From NCBI RefSeq assembly GCF_030013205.1, contig NZ_CP122648.1: DNA of 64,000 nucleotides; one strand, given 5' to 3'. Source of the DNA: Escherichia coli. Its GTDB lineage: Bacteria; Pseudomonadota; Gammaproteobacteria; Enterobacterales; Enterobacteriaceae. Below are positions 34,245 to 46,868 of this stretch, in pieces. The translations under genes and the position numbers were made by a program. Numbering within the stretch: position 1 is the first letter of the stretch; each line of letters opens with the position of its first letter. A model generated the notes under the pieces. The model was not told the DNA's origin, made no database searches, and saw only the letters and a list, made by a program, of their open reading frames with translations.

Positions 34245-35666
34245 ATGATGAGCAAAATAAACCAAACGGATATCGATCGGTTGATTGAACTGGTCGGCGG
34301 GCGCGGCAATATTGCGACGGTGAGCCACTGTATTACTCGCCTGCGCTTTGTCCTCAACCAACCGGCCAATGCCAGACCGAAAGAAATTGAGCAACTCCCC
34401 ATGGTGAAAGGCTGTTTCACCAATGCCGGGCAATTTCAGGTGGTGATTGGCACCAATGTGGGTGATTACTATCAAGCACTGATTGCGTCAACCGGACAGG
34501 CGCAGGTTGATAAAGAGCAGGTAAAAAAAGCCGCCCGGCAGAATATGAAATGGCATGAGCAGTTGATCTCTCATTTCGCGGAGATCTTCTTCCCGTTGCT
34601 GCCCGCGTTGATTAGCGGCGGTTTGATCCTCGGTTTTCGCAATGTGATCGGCGATTTGCCCATGAGCAACGGTCAAACGCTGGCGCAAATGTACCCTTCC
34701 CTGCAAACGATCTACGATTTTCTGTGGTTGATCGGTGAAGCGATCTTCTTCTACCTGCCGGTCGGGATTTGCTGGTCAGCGGTGAAAAAAATGGGCGGCA
34801 CGCCGATCCTTGGTATCGTACTTGGCGTAACGCTGGTTTCTCCACAGCTGATGAACGCTTATCTGCTCGGGCAGCAGCTGCCGGAAGTGTGGGACTTTGG
34901 CATGTTCAGCATCGCCAAAGTAGGCTATCAGGCGCAGGTGATCCCGGCACTGTTAGCCGGGCTGGCGCTGGGCGTTATTGAAACTCGCCTTAAACGCATC
35001 GTGCCGGATTACCTCTATCTGGTGGTGGTGCCCGTCTGTTCGCTGATCCTCGCGGTGTTCCTCGCCCATGCGCTGATTGGTCCGTTTGGACGCATGATTG
35101 GCGATGGCGTTGCCTTTGCGGTACGTCACCTGATGACCGGCAGCTTTGCACCTATTGGCGCAGCATTGTTTGGCTTCCTGTACGCCCCGCTGGTGATCAC
35201 CGGTGTACACCAGACCACGCTTGCTATTGATTTGCAGATGATTCAAAGCATGGGTGGTACGCCAGTGTGGCCGCTGATTGCGCTGTCGAATATCGCTCAG
35301 GGCTCCGCCGTGATAGGCATTATCATTTCCAGCCGCAAGCACAATGAACGCGAGATCTCCGTGCCTGCCGCTATCTCCGCCTGGCTTGGGGTCACTGAGC
35401 CTGCAATGTACGGCATCAACCTGAAATATCGCTTCCCGATGCTGTGCGCGATGATTGGTTCTGGTCTGGCAGGATTGCTATGCGGCCTGAACGGCGTTAT
35501 GGCGAATGGCATCGGCGTAGGCGGCCTGCCGGGAATTCTCTCGATTCAACCGAGCTACTGGCAGGTGTTTGCGCTGGCAATGGCTATCGCCATCATCATC
35601 CCGATTGTACTCACCTCGTTTATCTATCAGCGGAAATACCGCCTGGGCACGCTGGACATTGTTTAA
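34245..35666 (+). CDS. treB: PTS trehalose-specific EIIBC
   Basis: 473 aa; EIIB Cys motif (VSHCITRLRF); multiple TM segments. Confidence 0.93.
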   Translation: MMSKINQTDIDRLIELVGGRGNIATVSHCITRLRFVLNQPANARPKEIEQLPMVKGCFTNAGQFQVVIGTNVGDYYQALIASTGQAQVDKEQVKKAARQNMKWHEQLISHFAEIFFPLLPALISGGLILGFRNVIGDLPMSNGQTLAQMYPSLQTIYDFLWLIGEAIFFYLPVGICWSAVKKMGGTPILGIVLGVTLVSPQLMNAYLLGQQLPEVWDFGMFSIAKVGYQAQVIPALLAGLALGVIETRLKRIVPDYLYLVVVPVCSLILAVFLAHALIGPFGRMIGDGVAFAVRHLMTGSFAPIGAALFGFLYAPLVITGVHQTTLAIDLQMIQSMGGTPVWPLIALSNIAQGSAVIGIIISSRKHNEREISVPAAISAWLGVTEPAMYGINLKYRFPMLCAMIGSGLAGLLCGLNGVMANGIGVGGLPGILSIQPSYWQVFALAMAIAIIIPIVLTSFIYQRKYRLGTLDIV

Positions 35667-35715
35667 TTTTCTTCGGGGCGCAATTGCGCCCCCTCGCATT
35701 CGCAGGAATAACGTA

Positions 35716-37371
35716 ATGACTAATCTTCCCCACTGGTGGCAAAACGGCGTTATCTACCAGATTTATCCAAAGAGTTTTCAGGACACCACGGGTAGCGGTA
35801 CCGGCGATTTACGTGGCGTTATCCAACGCCTGGACTATCTGCATAAACTGGGCGTTGATGCCATCTGGCTAACCCCCTTTTATGTCTCTCCCCAGGTCGA
35901 TAACGGTTACGACGTAGCGAACTATACGGCGATTGATCCCACCTACGGCACGCTGGACGATTTTGACGAACTGGTGACGCAGGCAAAATCGCGCGGGATT
36001 CGTATCATTCTCGATATGGTGTTTAACCATACCTCTACCCAACATGCCTGGTTTCGCGAGGCGCTGAACAAAGAAAGCCCTTACCGCCAGTTTTATATCT
36101 GGCGCGATGGCGAACCAGAAACGCCACCGAATAACTGGCGTTCAAAATTTGGCGGTAGTGCGTGGCGCTGGCATGCGGAAAGCGAACAGTACTATTTGCA
36201 TCTCTTTGCACCAGAACAGGCGGATCTCAACTGGGAGAATCCAGCGGTACGCGCAGAGCTGAAAAAAGTCTGTGAATTCTGGGCCGATCGTGGGGTCGAT
36301 GGGTTGCGCCTGGATGTGGTGAATCTGATCTCCAAAGACCCGCGTTTCCCTGAAGACCTGGATGGCGACGGGCGTCGCTTCTACACCGACGGGCCACGAG
36401 CACACGAGTTTTTGCATGAGATGAACCGCGATGTGTTTACGCCACGCGGGTTAATGACCGTAGGTGAAATGTCCTCCACCAGCCTTGAGCATTGCCAGCG
36501 ATACGCGGCACTGGCAGGCAGTGAATTATCGATGACCTTTAATTTTCATCACCTGAAGGTCGATTATCCCGGTGGTGAAAAATGGACGCTGGCTAAACCT
36601 GACTTTGTGGCGTTGAAAACATTGTTCCGCCACTGGCAACAAGGAATGCACAACGTAGCATGGAATGCCTTGTTCTGGTGTAACCACGATCAGCCGCGCA
36701 TTGTTTCTCGCTTTGGTGATGAAGGTGAATACCGCGTGCCTGCGGCAAAAATGCTAGCGATGGTGCTGCATGGCATGCAGGGAACGCCGTATATCTACCA
36801 GGGCGAAGAGATTGGCATGACCAACCCGCATTTCACGCGCATTACTGACTATCGCGACGTGGAGAGCCTCAATATGTTTGCCGAGCTGCGCAACGATGGG
36901 CGTGATGCCGACGAGTTATTGGCAATCCTCGCCAGTAAATCCCGTGACAACAGCCGCACGCCCATGCAATGGAGCAACGGCGATAATGCCGGGTTTACGG
37001 CTGGCGAACCGTGGATTGGCCTGGGCGATAACTATCAACAAATCAACGTAGAAGCCGCGCTGGCCGATGATTCCTCGGTGTTTTACACCTACCAAAAGTT
37101 AATCGCACTGCGTAAGCAGGAAGCCATCCTGACATGGGGCAATTACCAGGATCTGCTGCCAAACAGCCCTGTATTGTGGTGCTATCGCCGTGAATGGAAG
37201 GGGCAAACCTTGCTGGTCATTGCCAACCTTAGCCGTGAGATCCAACCCTGGCAGCCAGGGCAAATGCGCGGCAACTGGCAGCTTGTGATGCATAACTACG
37301 AAGAAGCCTCACCACAACCCTGTGCCATGAATTTACGGCCTTTTGAGGCTGTCTGGTGGTTACAGAAGTAA
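35716..37371 (+). CDS. treC: trehalose-6-phosphate hydrolase
   Basis: MTNLPHWWQNGVIYQIYPKSF... GH13 alpha-amylase family; track ORF over-extended at N-terminus. Confidence 0.95.
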   Translation: MTNLPHWWQNGVIYQIYPKSFQDTTGSGTGDLRGVIQRLDYLHKLGVDAIWLTPFYVSPQVDNGYDVANYTAIDPTYGTLDDFDELVTQAKSRGIRIILDMVFNHTSTQHAWFREALNKESPYRQFYIWRDGEPETPPNNWRSKFGGSAWRWHAESEQYYLHLFAPEQADLNWENPAVRAELKKVCEFWADRGVDGLRLDVVNLISKDPRFPEDLDGDGRRFYTDGPRAHEFLHEMNRDVFTPRGLMTVGEMSSTSLEHCQRYAALAGSELSMTFNFHHLKVDYPGGEKWTLAKPDFVALKTLFRHWQQGMHNVAWNALFWCNHDQPRIVSRFGDEGEYRVPAAKMLAMVLHGMQGTPYIYQGEEIGMTNPHFTRITDYRDVESLNMFAELRNDGRDADELLAILASKSRDNSRTPMQWSNGDNAGFTAGEPWIGLGDNYQQINVEAALADDSSVFYTYQKLIALRKQEAILTWGNYQDLLPNSPVLWCYRREWKGQTLLVIANLSREIQPWQPGQMRGNWQLVMHNYEEASPQPCAMNLRPFEAVWWLQK

Positions 37372-37764
37372 ATCTTCCCTAAGCCCCGGTAATGCCGGTC
37401 ATTCCGGGGTTTTGTCTGTCAGCATGTTGTTTTTGTTGATTTTTCAACCAGCAAATTCATTAAAAAATTTACATAACGCTGTAGCGCCCGTCATCCGTAC
37501 GCTCTGCTTTTTACTTTGAGCTACATCAAAAAAAGTTCAAACATCCTTGATGCAAAGCACTATATATAGACTTTAAAATGCGTCCCAACCCAATATGTTG
37601 TATTAATCGACTATAATTGCTACTACAGCTCCCCACGAAAAAGGTGCGGCGTTGTGGATAAGCGGATGGCGATTGCGGAAAGCACCGGAAAACGAAACGA
37701 AAAAACCGGAAAACGCCTTTCCCAATTTCTGTGGATAACCTGTTCTTAAAAATATGGAGCGATC

Positions 37765-39903
37765 ATGACACCGCATGTGATGAAACGAGACGGCTGCAAA
37801 GTGCCGTTTAAATCAGAGCGCATCAAAGAAGCGATTCTGCGTGCAGCTAAAGCAGCGGAAGTCGATGATGCCGATTATTGCGCCACTGTTGCCGCGGTTG
37901 TCAGCGAGCAGATGCAGGGCCGCAACCAGGTGGATATCAATGAGATCCAGACCGCAGTTGAAAACCAGCTGATGTCGGGTCCATACAAACAACTGGCTCG
38001 TGCTTACATCGAGTACCGTCACGATCGCGACATTGAACGTGAAAAACGCGGTCGCCTGAACCAGGAGATCCGTGGTCTGGTCGAGCAGACCAACGCCTCG
38101 TTACTCAACGAAAACGCCAACAAAGACAGCAAGGTGATTCCAACCCAGCGCGACCTGCTGGCCGGGATCGTGGCTAAACACTATGCACGTCAGCACCTGC
38201 TGCCGCGTGACGTGGTGCAGGCACATGAGCGTGGCGATATTCACTATCACGATCTCGATTACTCACCGTTTTTCCCGATGTTCAACTGCATGTTGATCGA
38301 CCTGAAAGGCATGCTGACCCAGGGCTTTAAAATGGGGAACGCCGAGATTGAACCGCCGAAGTCGATCTCAACGGCAACCGCGGTAACTGCGCAGATTATT
38401 GCTCAGGTTGCCAGCCATATTTATGGCGGCACCACCATTAACCGTATCGATGAAGTGCTGGCACCGTTTGTCACCGCCAGCTACAACAAACATCGCAAGA
38501 CCGCAGAAGAGTGGAGCATCCCGGACGCAGAAGGCTACGCTAACTCTCGTACCATTAAAGAGTGCTACGATGCCTTCCAGTCGCTGGAGTACGAAGTAAA
38601 CACCCTGCATACCGCCAACGGTCAAACGCCGTTTGTAACTTTTGGTTTTGGTCTGGGCACCAGCTGGGAATCGCGCCTGATTCAGGAATCTATCCTGCGT
38701 AACCGTATCGCAGGTCTCGGTAAAAACCGTAAAACTGCGGTGTTCCCGAAACTGGTGTTTGCGATTCGCGATGGTCTGAACCATAAAAAAGGCGATCCGA
38801 ACTACGACATCAAACAGCTGGCGCTGGAGTGCGCAAGCAAGCGCATGTATCCGGATATCCTGAACTACGATCAGGTAGTGAAAGTCACCGGTTCGTTTAA
38901 AACCCCGATGGGCTGCCGCAGCTTCCTCGGCGTGTGGGAAAATGAAAACGGCGAGCAGATCCACGATGGTCGTAACAACCTCGGCGTGATCAGCCTGAAC
39001 CTGCCGCGTATTGCTCTGGAAGCAAAAGGCGATGAAGCCACCTTCTGGAAGCTGCTGGATGAACGTCTGGTGCTGGCACGTAAGGCGCTGATGACCCGTA
39101 TCGCTCGTCTCGAAGGCGTGAAAGCGCGCGTGGCCCCGATCCTCTATATGGAAGGTGCTTGTGGCGTGCGTCTCAATGCTGACGATGATGTTTCTGAAAT
39201 CTTCAAAAACGGTCGTGCGTCTATTTCGCTGGGTTACATCGGCATCCACGAAACCATTAACGCGCTGTTCGGCGGCGAGCATGTTTACGACAACGAGCAG
39301 CTTCGCGCGAAAGGTATCGCCATTGTTGAACGTCTGCGTCAGGCAGTGGATCAGTGGAAAGAAGAAACGGGTTATGGTTTCAGTCTCTACAGCACGCCGA
39401 GTGAAAACCTGTGCGACCGCTTCTGCCGTCTCGATACTGCTGAGTTTGGCGTGGTGCCGGGCGTGACCGATAAAGGTTACTACACCAACAGTTTCCACCT
39501 CGATGTGGAGAAGAAGGTGAACCCGTACGACAAGATCGACTTTGAAGCGCCTTACCCGCCGCTGGCGAACGGTGGTTTCATTTGCTACGGCGAGTATCCA
39601 AACATTCAGCACAACCTGAAGGCGCTGGAAGATGTCTGGGATTACAGCTATCAGCATGTACCGTATTACGGCACCAATACACCGATTGATGAGTGCTACG
39701 AGTGTGGCTTTACCGGTGAGTTCGAGTGCACCAGCAAAGGCTTCACTTGCCCGAAATGTGGTAACCATGACGCCTCCCGTGTGTCGGTAACTCGCCGCGT
39801 GTGCGGATATTTAGGTAGCCCGGATGCACGTCCATTTAACGCCGGTAAGCAGGAAGAAGTTAAGCGCCGCGTTAAACATTTGGGAAATGGGCAGATAGGT
39901 TAA
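37765..39903 (+). CDS. nrdD: anaerobic ribonucleoside-triphosphate reductase
   Basis: 712 aa; C-terminal glycyl-radical and Zn-ribbon region (CYECGFTGEFECTSKGFTCPKCGNHD ... RVCGYLG). Confidence 0.96.
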   Translation: MTPHVMKRDGCKVPFKSERIKEAILRAAKAAEVDDADYCATVAAVVSEQMQGRNQVDINEIQTAVENQLMSGPYKQLARAYIEYRHDRDIEREKRGRLNQEIRGLVEQTNASLLNENANKDSKVIPTQRDLLAGIVAKHYARQHLLPRDVVQAHERGDIHYHDLDYSPFFPMFNCMLIDLKGMLTQGFKMGNAEIEPPKSISTATAVTAQIIAQVASHIYGGTTINRIDEVLAPFVTASYNKHRKTAEEWSIPDAEGYANSRTIKECYDAFQSLEYEVNTLHTANGQTPFVTFGFGLGTSWESRLIQESILRNRIAGLGKNRKTAVFPKLVFAIRDGLNHKKGDPNYDIKQLALECASKRMYPDILNYDQVVKVTGSFKTPMGCRSFLGVWENENGEQIHDGRNNLGVISLNLPRIALEAKGDEATFWKLLDERLVLARKALMTRIARLEGVKARVAPILYMEGACGVRLNADDDVSEIFKNGRASISLGYIGIHETINALFGGEHVYDNEQLRAKGIAIVERLRQAVDQWKEETGYGFSLYSTPSENLCDRFCRLDTAEFGVVPGVTDKGYYTNSFHLDVEKKVNPYDKIDFEAPYPPLANGGFICYGEYPNIQHNLKALEDVWDYSYQHVPYYGTNTPIDECYECGFTGEFECTSKGFTCPKCGNHDASRVSVTRRVCGYLGSPDARPFNAGKQEEVKRRVKHLGNGQIG

Positions 39904-39904
39904 T

Positions 39905-40050
<146 letters not shown>

Positions 40051-40060
40051 AGGCGAAATA

Positions 40061-40525
40061 ATGAATTATCATCAGTACTATCCTGTCGACATCGTCAACG
40101 GCCCCGGCACTCGCTGCACCCTGTTTGTCTCCGGGTGTGTTCATGAATGCCCCGGTTGCTATAACAAAAGCACATGGCGGGTAAATTCTGGTCAGCCATT
40201 TACCAAAGCAATGGAAGACCAGATCATTAACGATCTGAATGACACTCGTATCAAACGCCAGGGGATTTCCCTCTCCGGCGGCGATCCGCTGCATCCGCAA
40301 AACGTGCCGGATATTCTGAAACTGGTAAAACGCATCCGCGCCGAGTGTCCGGATAAAGACATCTGGGTGTGGACAGGCTATAAACTCGACGATCTCAACG
40401 CTGCGCAAATGCAGGTTGTTGATTTGATTAACGTACTGGTCGACGGCAAATTTGTGCAGGATTTAAAAGACCCTTCCCTGATCTGGCGCGGCAGCAGCAA
40501 TCAGGTGGTGCATCATTTGCGATGA
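40061..40525 (+). CDS. nrdG: anaerobic RNR activating protein (radical SAM)
   Basis: 154 aa; Cys motif CVHECPGCYN. Confidence 0.93.
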   Translation: MNYHQYYPVDIVNGPGTRCTLFVSGCVHECPGCYNKSTWRVNSGQPFTKAMEDQIINDLNDTRIKRQGISLSGGDPLHPQNVPDILKLVKRIRAECPDKDIWVWTGYKLDDLNAAQMQVVDLINVLVDGKFVQDLKDPSLIWRGSSNQVVHHLR

Positions 40526-40569
40526 TAAGTTCCCTGTTACCTGAGTGCAGGCAACAGGGAAATGAGGAA

Positions 40570-40959
<390 letters not shown>

Positions 40960-41138
40960 TCACTTCCTTTTTTATTTACACTTCATCCTTCACACTGCCT
41001 CATCGACGGCTACGCTCATTCGCCCGGGTCACGTACTGCGAGTACGCTCCCCGGCCCTCATTCACTTTCCGTCTCGATGCAGTGCGAATGATTTTGTGTA
41101 ATTTTTTAGTTTATAGCGCGGCAGGTCGCGCCAGTTTT

Positions 41139-42491
41139 TTACTGCCCGGCGATTTTCATCTCCGGCAACAGCACAGAACCACACTGTATATTACTGCGTG
41201 TTTCAATATCGTTACCGACGGTGACAATATTGCGCCACATATCTTTTAAATTACCTGCGATGGTGATTTCGCTAACCGGATACTGAATTTCGCCATTCTC
41301 TACCCAGAAGCCCGCTGCACCACGGGAATAATCACCGGTAATGGCACTCACGCCCTGGCCCATCAGCTCCGTCACCACCAGCCCGGTACCCATCTCTTTG
41401 AGCATTTGTTCGAAGCTTAGCCCTTGTCCGGCAATCCGCCAGTTGTGAATACCGCCCGCATGTCCGGTGCTTTTCAGCCCCAGTTTCCGCGCCGAGTAGC
41501 TGGTCAGCAGCCACTGAGTCAGGATGCCATCTTTAATAATATCGCGACGCTCGGTGCGCACACCTTCGCTGTCAAATGGCGTCGATGCCAGCCCTTTCAG
41601 CAGATGCGGATGCTCTTCAATGGTCAGCCAGTCCGGCAGAATTTGTTTACCCAGCGAATCCAGCAGGAAGGTGGATTTACGGTAAACCGATCCACCCGCT
41701 ATCGCCCCCACCAGATGGCCAAAAAGCCCGGTTGCCACTTCATTGGCAAAAATGACCGGCGCTTTCATGGTGGAGAGTTTACGCGGTGACAGGCGCGATA
41801 AAGTACGGCGAGCACAGTCGGCCCCAACCCACTCTGGCGTTTGCAGATCGCTCATCGCACGACCAATGGTGTAGGCGTAATCACGCTCCATATCGCCATT
41901 TTCTTCGGCAATTACACAGCTGGAGAGCGAATGACGCGTTGAGCAGTAACCCTGCAACATGCCGTGGCTGTTGCCAAAAACTTTGACACCGTAGTGGCTG
42001 TTAAAGCTGCCACCTTCGGTATTGGTGATGCGTTTGTCCGCCTGCAATGCCGCCTGTTCTGCGCGGGCCGCCAGTTCAATGGCTTCATCCGGGGAAACTT
42101 CCGCAGGGTGGAACAAGTCGAGATCTGGTGCGTCAAAGGCCAGCAGCTCTTTGTCTGCCACGCCGGCACAGGGATCTGGCGAGGTATAACGGGCAATATC
42201 CAGCGCCGCCTGTACAGTACGGGCAATGGCCTGCGGGCTTAAATCGGTGGATGATGCGCTACCTTTGCGGTTCTGGTGATAAACAGTGATCCCCAGCGCG
42301 CCATCGCTATTGAATTCAACATTCTCCACTTCACCATAACGCGTGCTTACGCTAATGCCGGTGGTCTTGCTGACGGCAACTTCCGCACCGTCCGATTTGC
42401 CTGAGGCCAACTCCAGCGCAGTGGAAACTGCTTCTTCCAGAATCTTGCGCTGCGCTTCAACTTGAGAGATTACTTTCATTGCAAGTGCCAT
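41139..42491 (-). CDS. pmbA: metalloprotease PmbA (TldE)
   Basis: 450 aa; matches remembered PmbA. Confidence 0.93.
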
Positions 42492-42585
42492 AATGTAGAG
42501 AGTTTCTCTGAAGTCTAACAGAGAACCGTTTTTCAGTGCGCATCTTAACTGGTAACATTAGCCTCTTTTTTTTAAGGAGCCTGAG

Positions 42586-43137
42586 ATGACTAAGCAGCCC
42601 GAAGACTGGCTCGACGACGTTCCCGGTGATGACATCGAAGACGAAGACGATGAAATTATCTGGGTCAGTAAAAGTGAAATTAAACGTGATGCCGAGGAGC
42701 TAAAACGCCTTGGCGCGGAAATTGTTGATCTGGGGAAAAACGCGCTGGATAAGATCCCGTTAGATGCGGATCTGCGCGCGGCTATTGAGCTCGCCCAGCG
42801 TATTAAGATGGAAGGTCGCCGCCGCCAGTTGCAGCTCATCGGTAAGATGCTGCGCCAGCGCGACGTAGAGCCTATTCGTCAGGCGCTGGATAAGCTGAAA
42901 AACCGTCACAACCAGCAGGTGGTGCTGTTCCATAAACTGGAAAACCTGCGCGATCGTCTGATCGATCAAGGTGATGACGCCATCGCTGAGGTATTAAATC
43001 TGTGGCCCGATGCCGATCGTCAGCAACTGCGTACTCTGATCCGCAACGCGAAGAAAGAGAAAGAAGGGAATAAGCCGCCGAAATCCGCACGCCAGATTTT
43101 CCAGTATCTGCGCGAACTGGCGGAGAATGAAGGGTAA
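42586..43137 (+). CDS. yjgA: ribosome-associated protein YjgA (DarP)
   Basis: 183 aa, acidic N-terminus [43 protein letters not shown]. Confidence 0.9.
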
Positions 43138-43149
43138 TTTTCGTTGTTG

Positions 43150-43285
43150 ATGTGAGTATGGTTTGCCGGATGCGGTGCACCTGTAGGCCTGATAAGACGC
43201 ATCAAGCGTCGCATCAGGCACTATGCTCAAATGCCGGATGCGGCGTGAACGCCTTATCCGGCCTACGCACACTATATCAGGCTAA
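43150..43285. repeat. REP elements
   Basis: tgccggatgcggtgcacctgtaggcctgataagacgcatcaagcgtcgcatcaggc... Confidence 0.8.
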
Positions 43286-43292
43286 GGCCGAA

Positions 43293-44666
43293 TTACTGCG
43301 CGGCTTCCGCCTTCTTCGCCAGACCATCCAGCAGTTTCTGATGGATCCCACCAAAACCGCCGTTGCTCATCACCAGAATATGGTCGCCAGGCTGAGCGGT
43401 TTTCACCACCATATCTGCCAGCGTATCCACATCGCCACTCCAGTGTGCAGGCTGAACGCAGGCTTCTGCCACTTCTGCCACCTGCCACGGAATATGCGCC
43501 GGTTGCAGCAGGAAGACTTCATCGGCACGACCTAATGAAGGTGCCAGATCGTCTTTGCAGATCCCCATTTTCATGGTATTCGAGCGCGGTTCCAGCACGG
43601 CAATAATGCGCGCCGTACCGCCAACTTTGCCACGCAGCGCCGCAAGCGTTGCCAGAATCGCCGTTGGGTGATGGGCAAAATCGTCATATACCGTGACGCC
43701 ATTCGCTTCACCACGCAACTCCAGACGGCGACGAGCGTTAATAAACGAACCCAGCGCGTTAGCGGCATCTGCCGGCGCTACACCAACATGGCGAGCCGCC
43801 GCAATCGCCATCAGGCCATTGTGCATATTATGTTCGCCTACCAGCGACCATTTCACTTCGCCCACTTTTTCGCCATCCAGCAAAACTTCCCATTCGGAAG
43901 CATCGGTGGTCAGCTTTTTCGCCTGCCAGTGCCCCTGCTCACCCACCAGCCCCTGCTCGCTCCAGCAGCCCATCGCCATGGTCTGTTTCAGGTTGATGTC
44001 GTTTTCTGGCCAGATAATACGGCCCTGCCCCGGAACGATACGCACCAGATGGTGGAACTGTTTCTGGATCGCTTTCAGGTCGTCAAAGATATCGGCGTGA
44101 TCGAACTCAAGGTTGTTGAGGATCAGCGTACGTGGGCAGTAATGGACAAATTTAGAGCGTTTGTCGAAGAAGGCGCAGTCATACTCATCCGCTTCGATAA
44201 CAAAGAAGTCGCTTTCGCCCAGACGCGCCGAAACCTCAAAGTTCCCCGGCACACCGCCGATCACAAATCCCGGTTTGTAACCGCACTGTTCCAGAATCCA
44301 GGTTGCCATTCCCGCGGTGGTGGTTTTGCCATGTGTACCGGCAACGGCCAGCACCCAGCGGTCGCGCAGCACAAAATCGTGCAGCCACTGTGGACCTGAC
44401 ATATAAGGGATGTTTTTTTCCAGTACCGCTTCCACACACGGATTTCCACGGGTCATGGCGTTGCCAATAATCACCAGATCCGGCTGCGGATCGAGCTGGC
44501 TGGCATCGTAACCCTGAATCAGTTCAATGCCTTGCTTCTCAAGTAAGGTGCTCATCGGCGGATACACATTGGCGTCCGAACCCGTTACTTCATGGCCTAA
44601 CTGGCGCGCCAGCATCGCCAGACCGCCCATAAACGTGCCACAAATTCCTAAAATATGAATGCGCAT
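43293..44666 (-). CDS. mpl: UDP-N-acetylmuramate:L-alanyl-gamma-D-glutamyl-meso-DAP ligase
   Basis: 457 aa Mur ligase family (GTHGKTTT P-loop). Confidence 0.94.
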
Positions 44667-44841
44667 ACGTCACTATCCTTTTTTAATCTGCCGCTCATTT
44701 TACGCATATGTCGGGCAAGTGAGAAACGCATTTCAGGATAATCCGCAATTTGCTGGCGCGATTCACCTGAGCGCAACATTGAGATTATTTGTTAAGATTG
44801 TTGCGGTCGCTTTACTCCATAAACATTGCAGGGAAAGTTTT

Positions 44842-45840
44842 ATGAAAACGTTAGGTGAATTTATTGTCGAAAAGCAGCACGAGTTTTCTCATGCTACCGG
44901 TGAGCTCACTGCTTTGCTGTCGGCAATAAAACTGGGCGCCAAGATTATCCATCGCGATATCAACAAAGCAGGACTGGTTGATATCCTGGGTGCCAGCGGT
45001 GCTGAGAACGTGCAGGGCGAGGTTCAGCAGAAACTCGACTTGTTCGCTAATGAAAAACTGAAAGCCGCACTGAAAGCACGCGATATCGTTGCGGGCATTG
45101 CCTCTGAAGAAGAAGATGAGATTGTCGTCTTTGAAGGCTGTGAACACGCAAAATACGTGGTGCTGATGGACCCACTGGATGGCTCGTCCAACATCGATGT
45201 TAACGTCTCTGTCGGTACCATTTTCTCCATCTACCGCCGCGTTACGCCTGTTGGCACGCCGGTAACGGAAGAAGATTTCCTCCAGCCTGGTAACAAACAG
45301 GTTGCGGCAGGTTACGTGGTATACGGCTCCTCTACCATGCTGGTTTACACCACCGGATGCGGTGTTCACGCCTTTACTTACGATCCTTCGCTGGGCGTTT
45401 TCTGTCTGTGCCAGGAACGGATGCGCTTCCCGGAGAAAGGCAAAACCTACTCCATCAACGAAGGAAACTACATTAAGTTTCCGAACGGGGTGAAGAAGTA
45501 CATTAAATTCTGCCAGGAAGAAGATAAGTCCACCAACCGCCCTTATACCTCACGTTATATCGGTTCACTGGTCGCGGATTTCCACCGTAACCTGCTGAAA
45601 GGCGGTATTTATCTCTACCCAAGCACCGCCAGCCACCCGGACGGCAAACTGCGTTTGCTGTATGAGTGCAACCCGATGGCATTCCTGGCGGAACAAGCGG
45701 GCGGTAAAGCGAGCGATGGCAAAGAGCGTATTCTGGATATCATCCCGGAAACTCTGCACCAGCGCCGTTCGTTCTTTGTCGGCAACGACCATATGGTTGA
45801 AGATGTCGAACGCTTTATCCGTGAGTTCCCGGACGCGTAA
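44842..45840 (+). CDS. fbp: fructose-1,6-bisphosphatase class I
   Basis: [26 protein letters not shown]...; track ORF over-extended at N-terminus. Confidence 0.95.
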
Positions 45841-45848
45841 TCTCCTGC

Positions 45849-45875
45849 GCCTCTCCACACGGAGAGGCGTTTTTA
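45849..45875 (+). terminator. rho-independent terminator after fbp
   Basis: gcctctccacacggagaggc hairpin followed by gttttta. Confidence 0.7.
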
Positions 45876-46868
45876 TCGCTGCGCAATGTTGACTCTTGTC
45901 ACAGGCGAACTCTGACGATTCTCCCACAGCACCGTTAATCCACGCTGTAATGCTATAAAAATAAATAACAAAATACCGATGGCGATTTTCGTCCACCATG
46001 AGCTCAGCGTGCCATCAAAGTTGATATAAGTCTGTATTAGCCCCTGAATCGCCACGCCAAAAAGCGTCCCTAATACCGTTCCAACGCCACCGCTCAGAAG
46101 CGTACCGCCAATTACCACTGAGGCGATAGCATCCAGTTCCACACCTACGCCCGCCAGCGCATATCCGGCCTGGGTATAAATCGAGAAGACAATCCCCGCC
46201 AGCGTTGCCAGTCCGGTGGAGAGCATATAAATGCGAATAGTGGTGCTGCGAGTGGAAATCCCCATCAGGTTCGCCGACGTTGCGTTGCCGCCAATGGCGT
46301 ATACCTGATTACCAAAACGGGTACGATGCGCGAGGAAAATACCGATAACCACCACCGCCAACATCAGCAGTCCCATCGCACTTAAGCGACCGCCGCCAGG
46401 GATTTTCCACGCAAGGCTTGAGAGCGTGTCATAAATGGGATGGTTTATCGGAATCGACTCTTCCGAAACGAGATAGCTGACACCGCGCAAAAAGAACATC
46501 CCCGCCAGGGTAATGATAAATGCCGGGATCTTCAGGGCGTCGATCAAAAGCCCCATAAATGCGCCGAAGGCACAGCCCATCACCAGCACTAGCGGAAACG
46601 CCAGTAGCGGCGAGAGGCCGAAATCGCCAATCACTTTTGCCAGAAACACGCCAGTAAAGGCGATCACCGAACCGACGGAGAGATCGATCCCACCGGAGAG
46701 GATCACAAAGGTCATGCCAACGGCAATGATCCCAAGAAAGGCGTTATCGGTCAGGATATTGCAGATCACTCTTGTGGAAGCAAAACCGGGAAACTGGGTC
46801 AGGCAGTAAAGATAACCCAACACAAAGACGCCGATGGTGATCATCAGTGGCAAATTACGTTTTATCAC
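45873..46868 (-). CDS. yjfF: galactofuranose ABC transporter permease YjfF
   Basis: 331 aa polytopic membrane protein; last gene of ytfQRT-yjfF operon. Confidence 0.9.
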   Translation of the reverse strand: MIKRNLPLMITIGVFVLGYLYCLTQFPGFASTRVICNILTDNAFLGIIAVGMTFVILSGGIDLSVGSVIAFTGVFLAKVIGDFGLSPLLAFPLVLVMGCAFGAFMGLLIDALKIPAFIITLAGMFFLRGVSYLVSEESIPINHPIYDTLSSLAWKIPGGGRLSAMGLLMLAVVVIGIFLAHRTRFGNQVYAIGGNATSANLMGISTRSTTIRIYMLSTGLATLAGIVFSIYTQAGYALAGVGVELDAIASVVIGGTLLSGGVGTVLGTLFGVAIQGLIQTYINFDGTLSSWWTKIAIGILLFIFIALQRGLTVLWENRQSSPVTRVNIAQR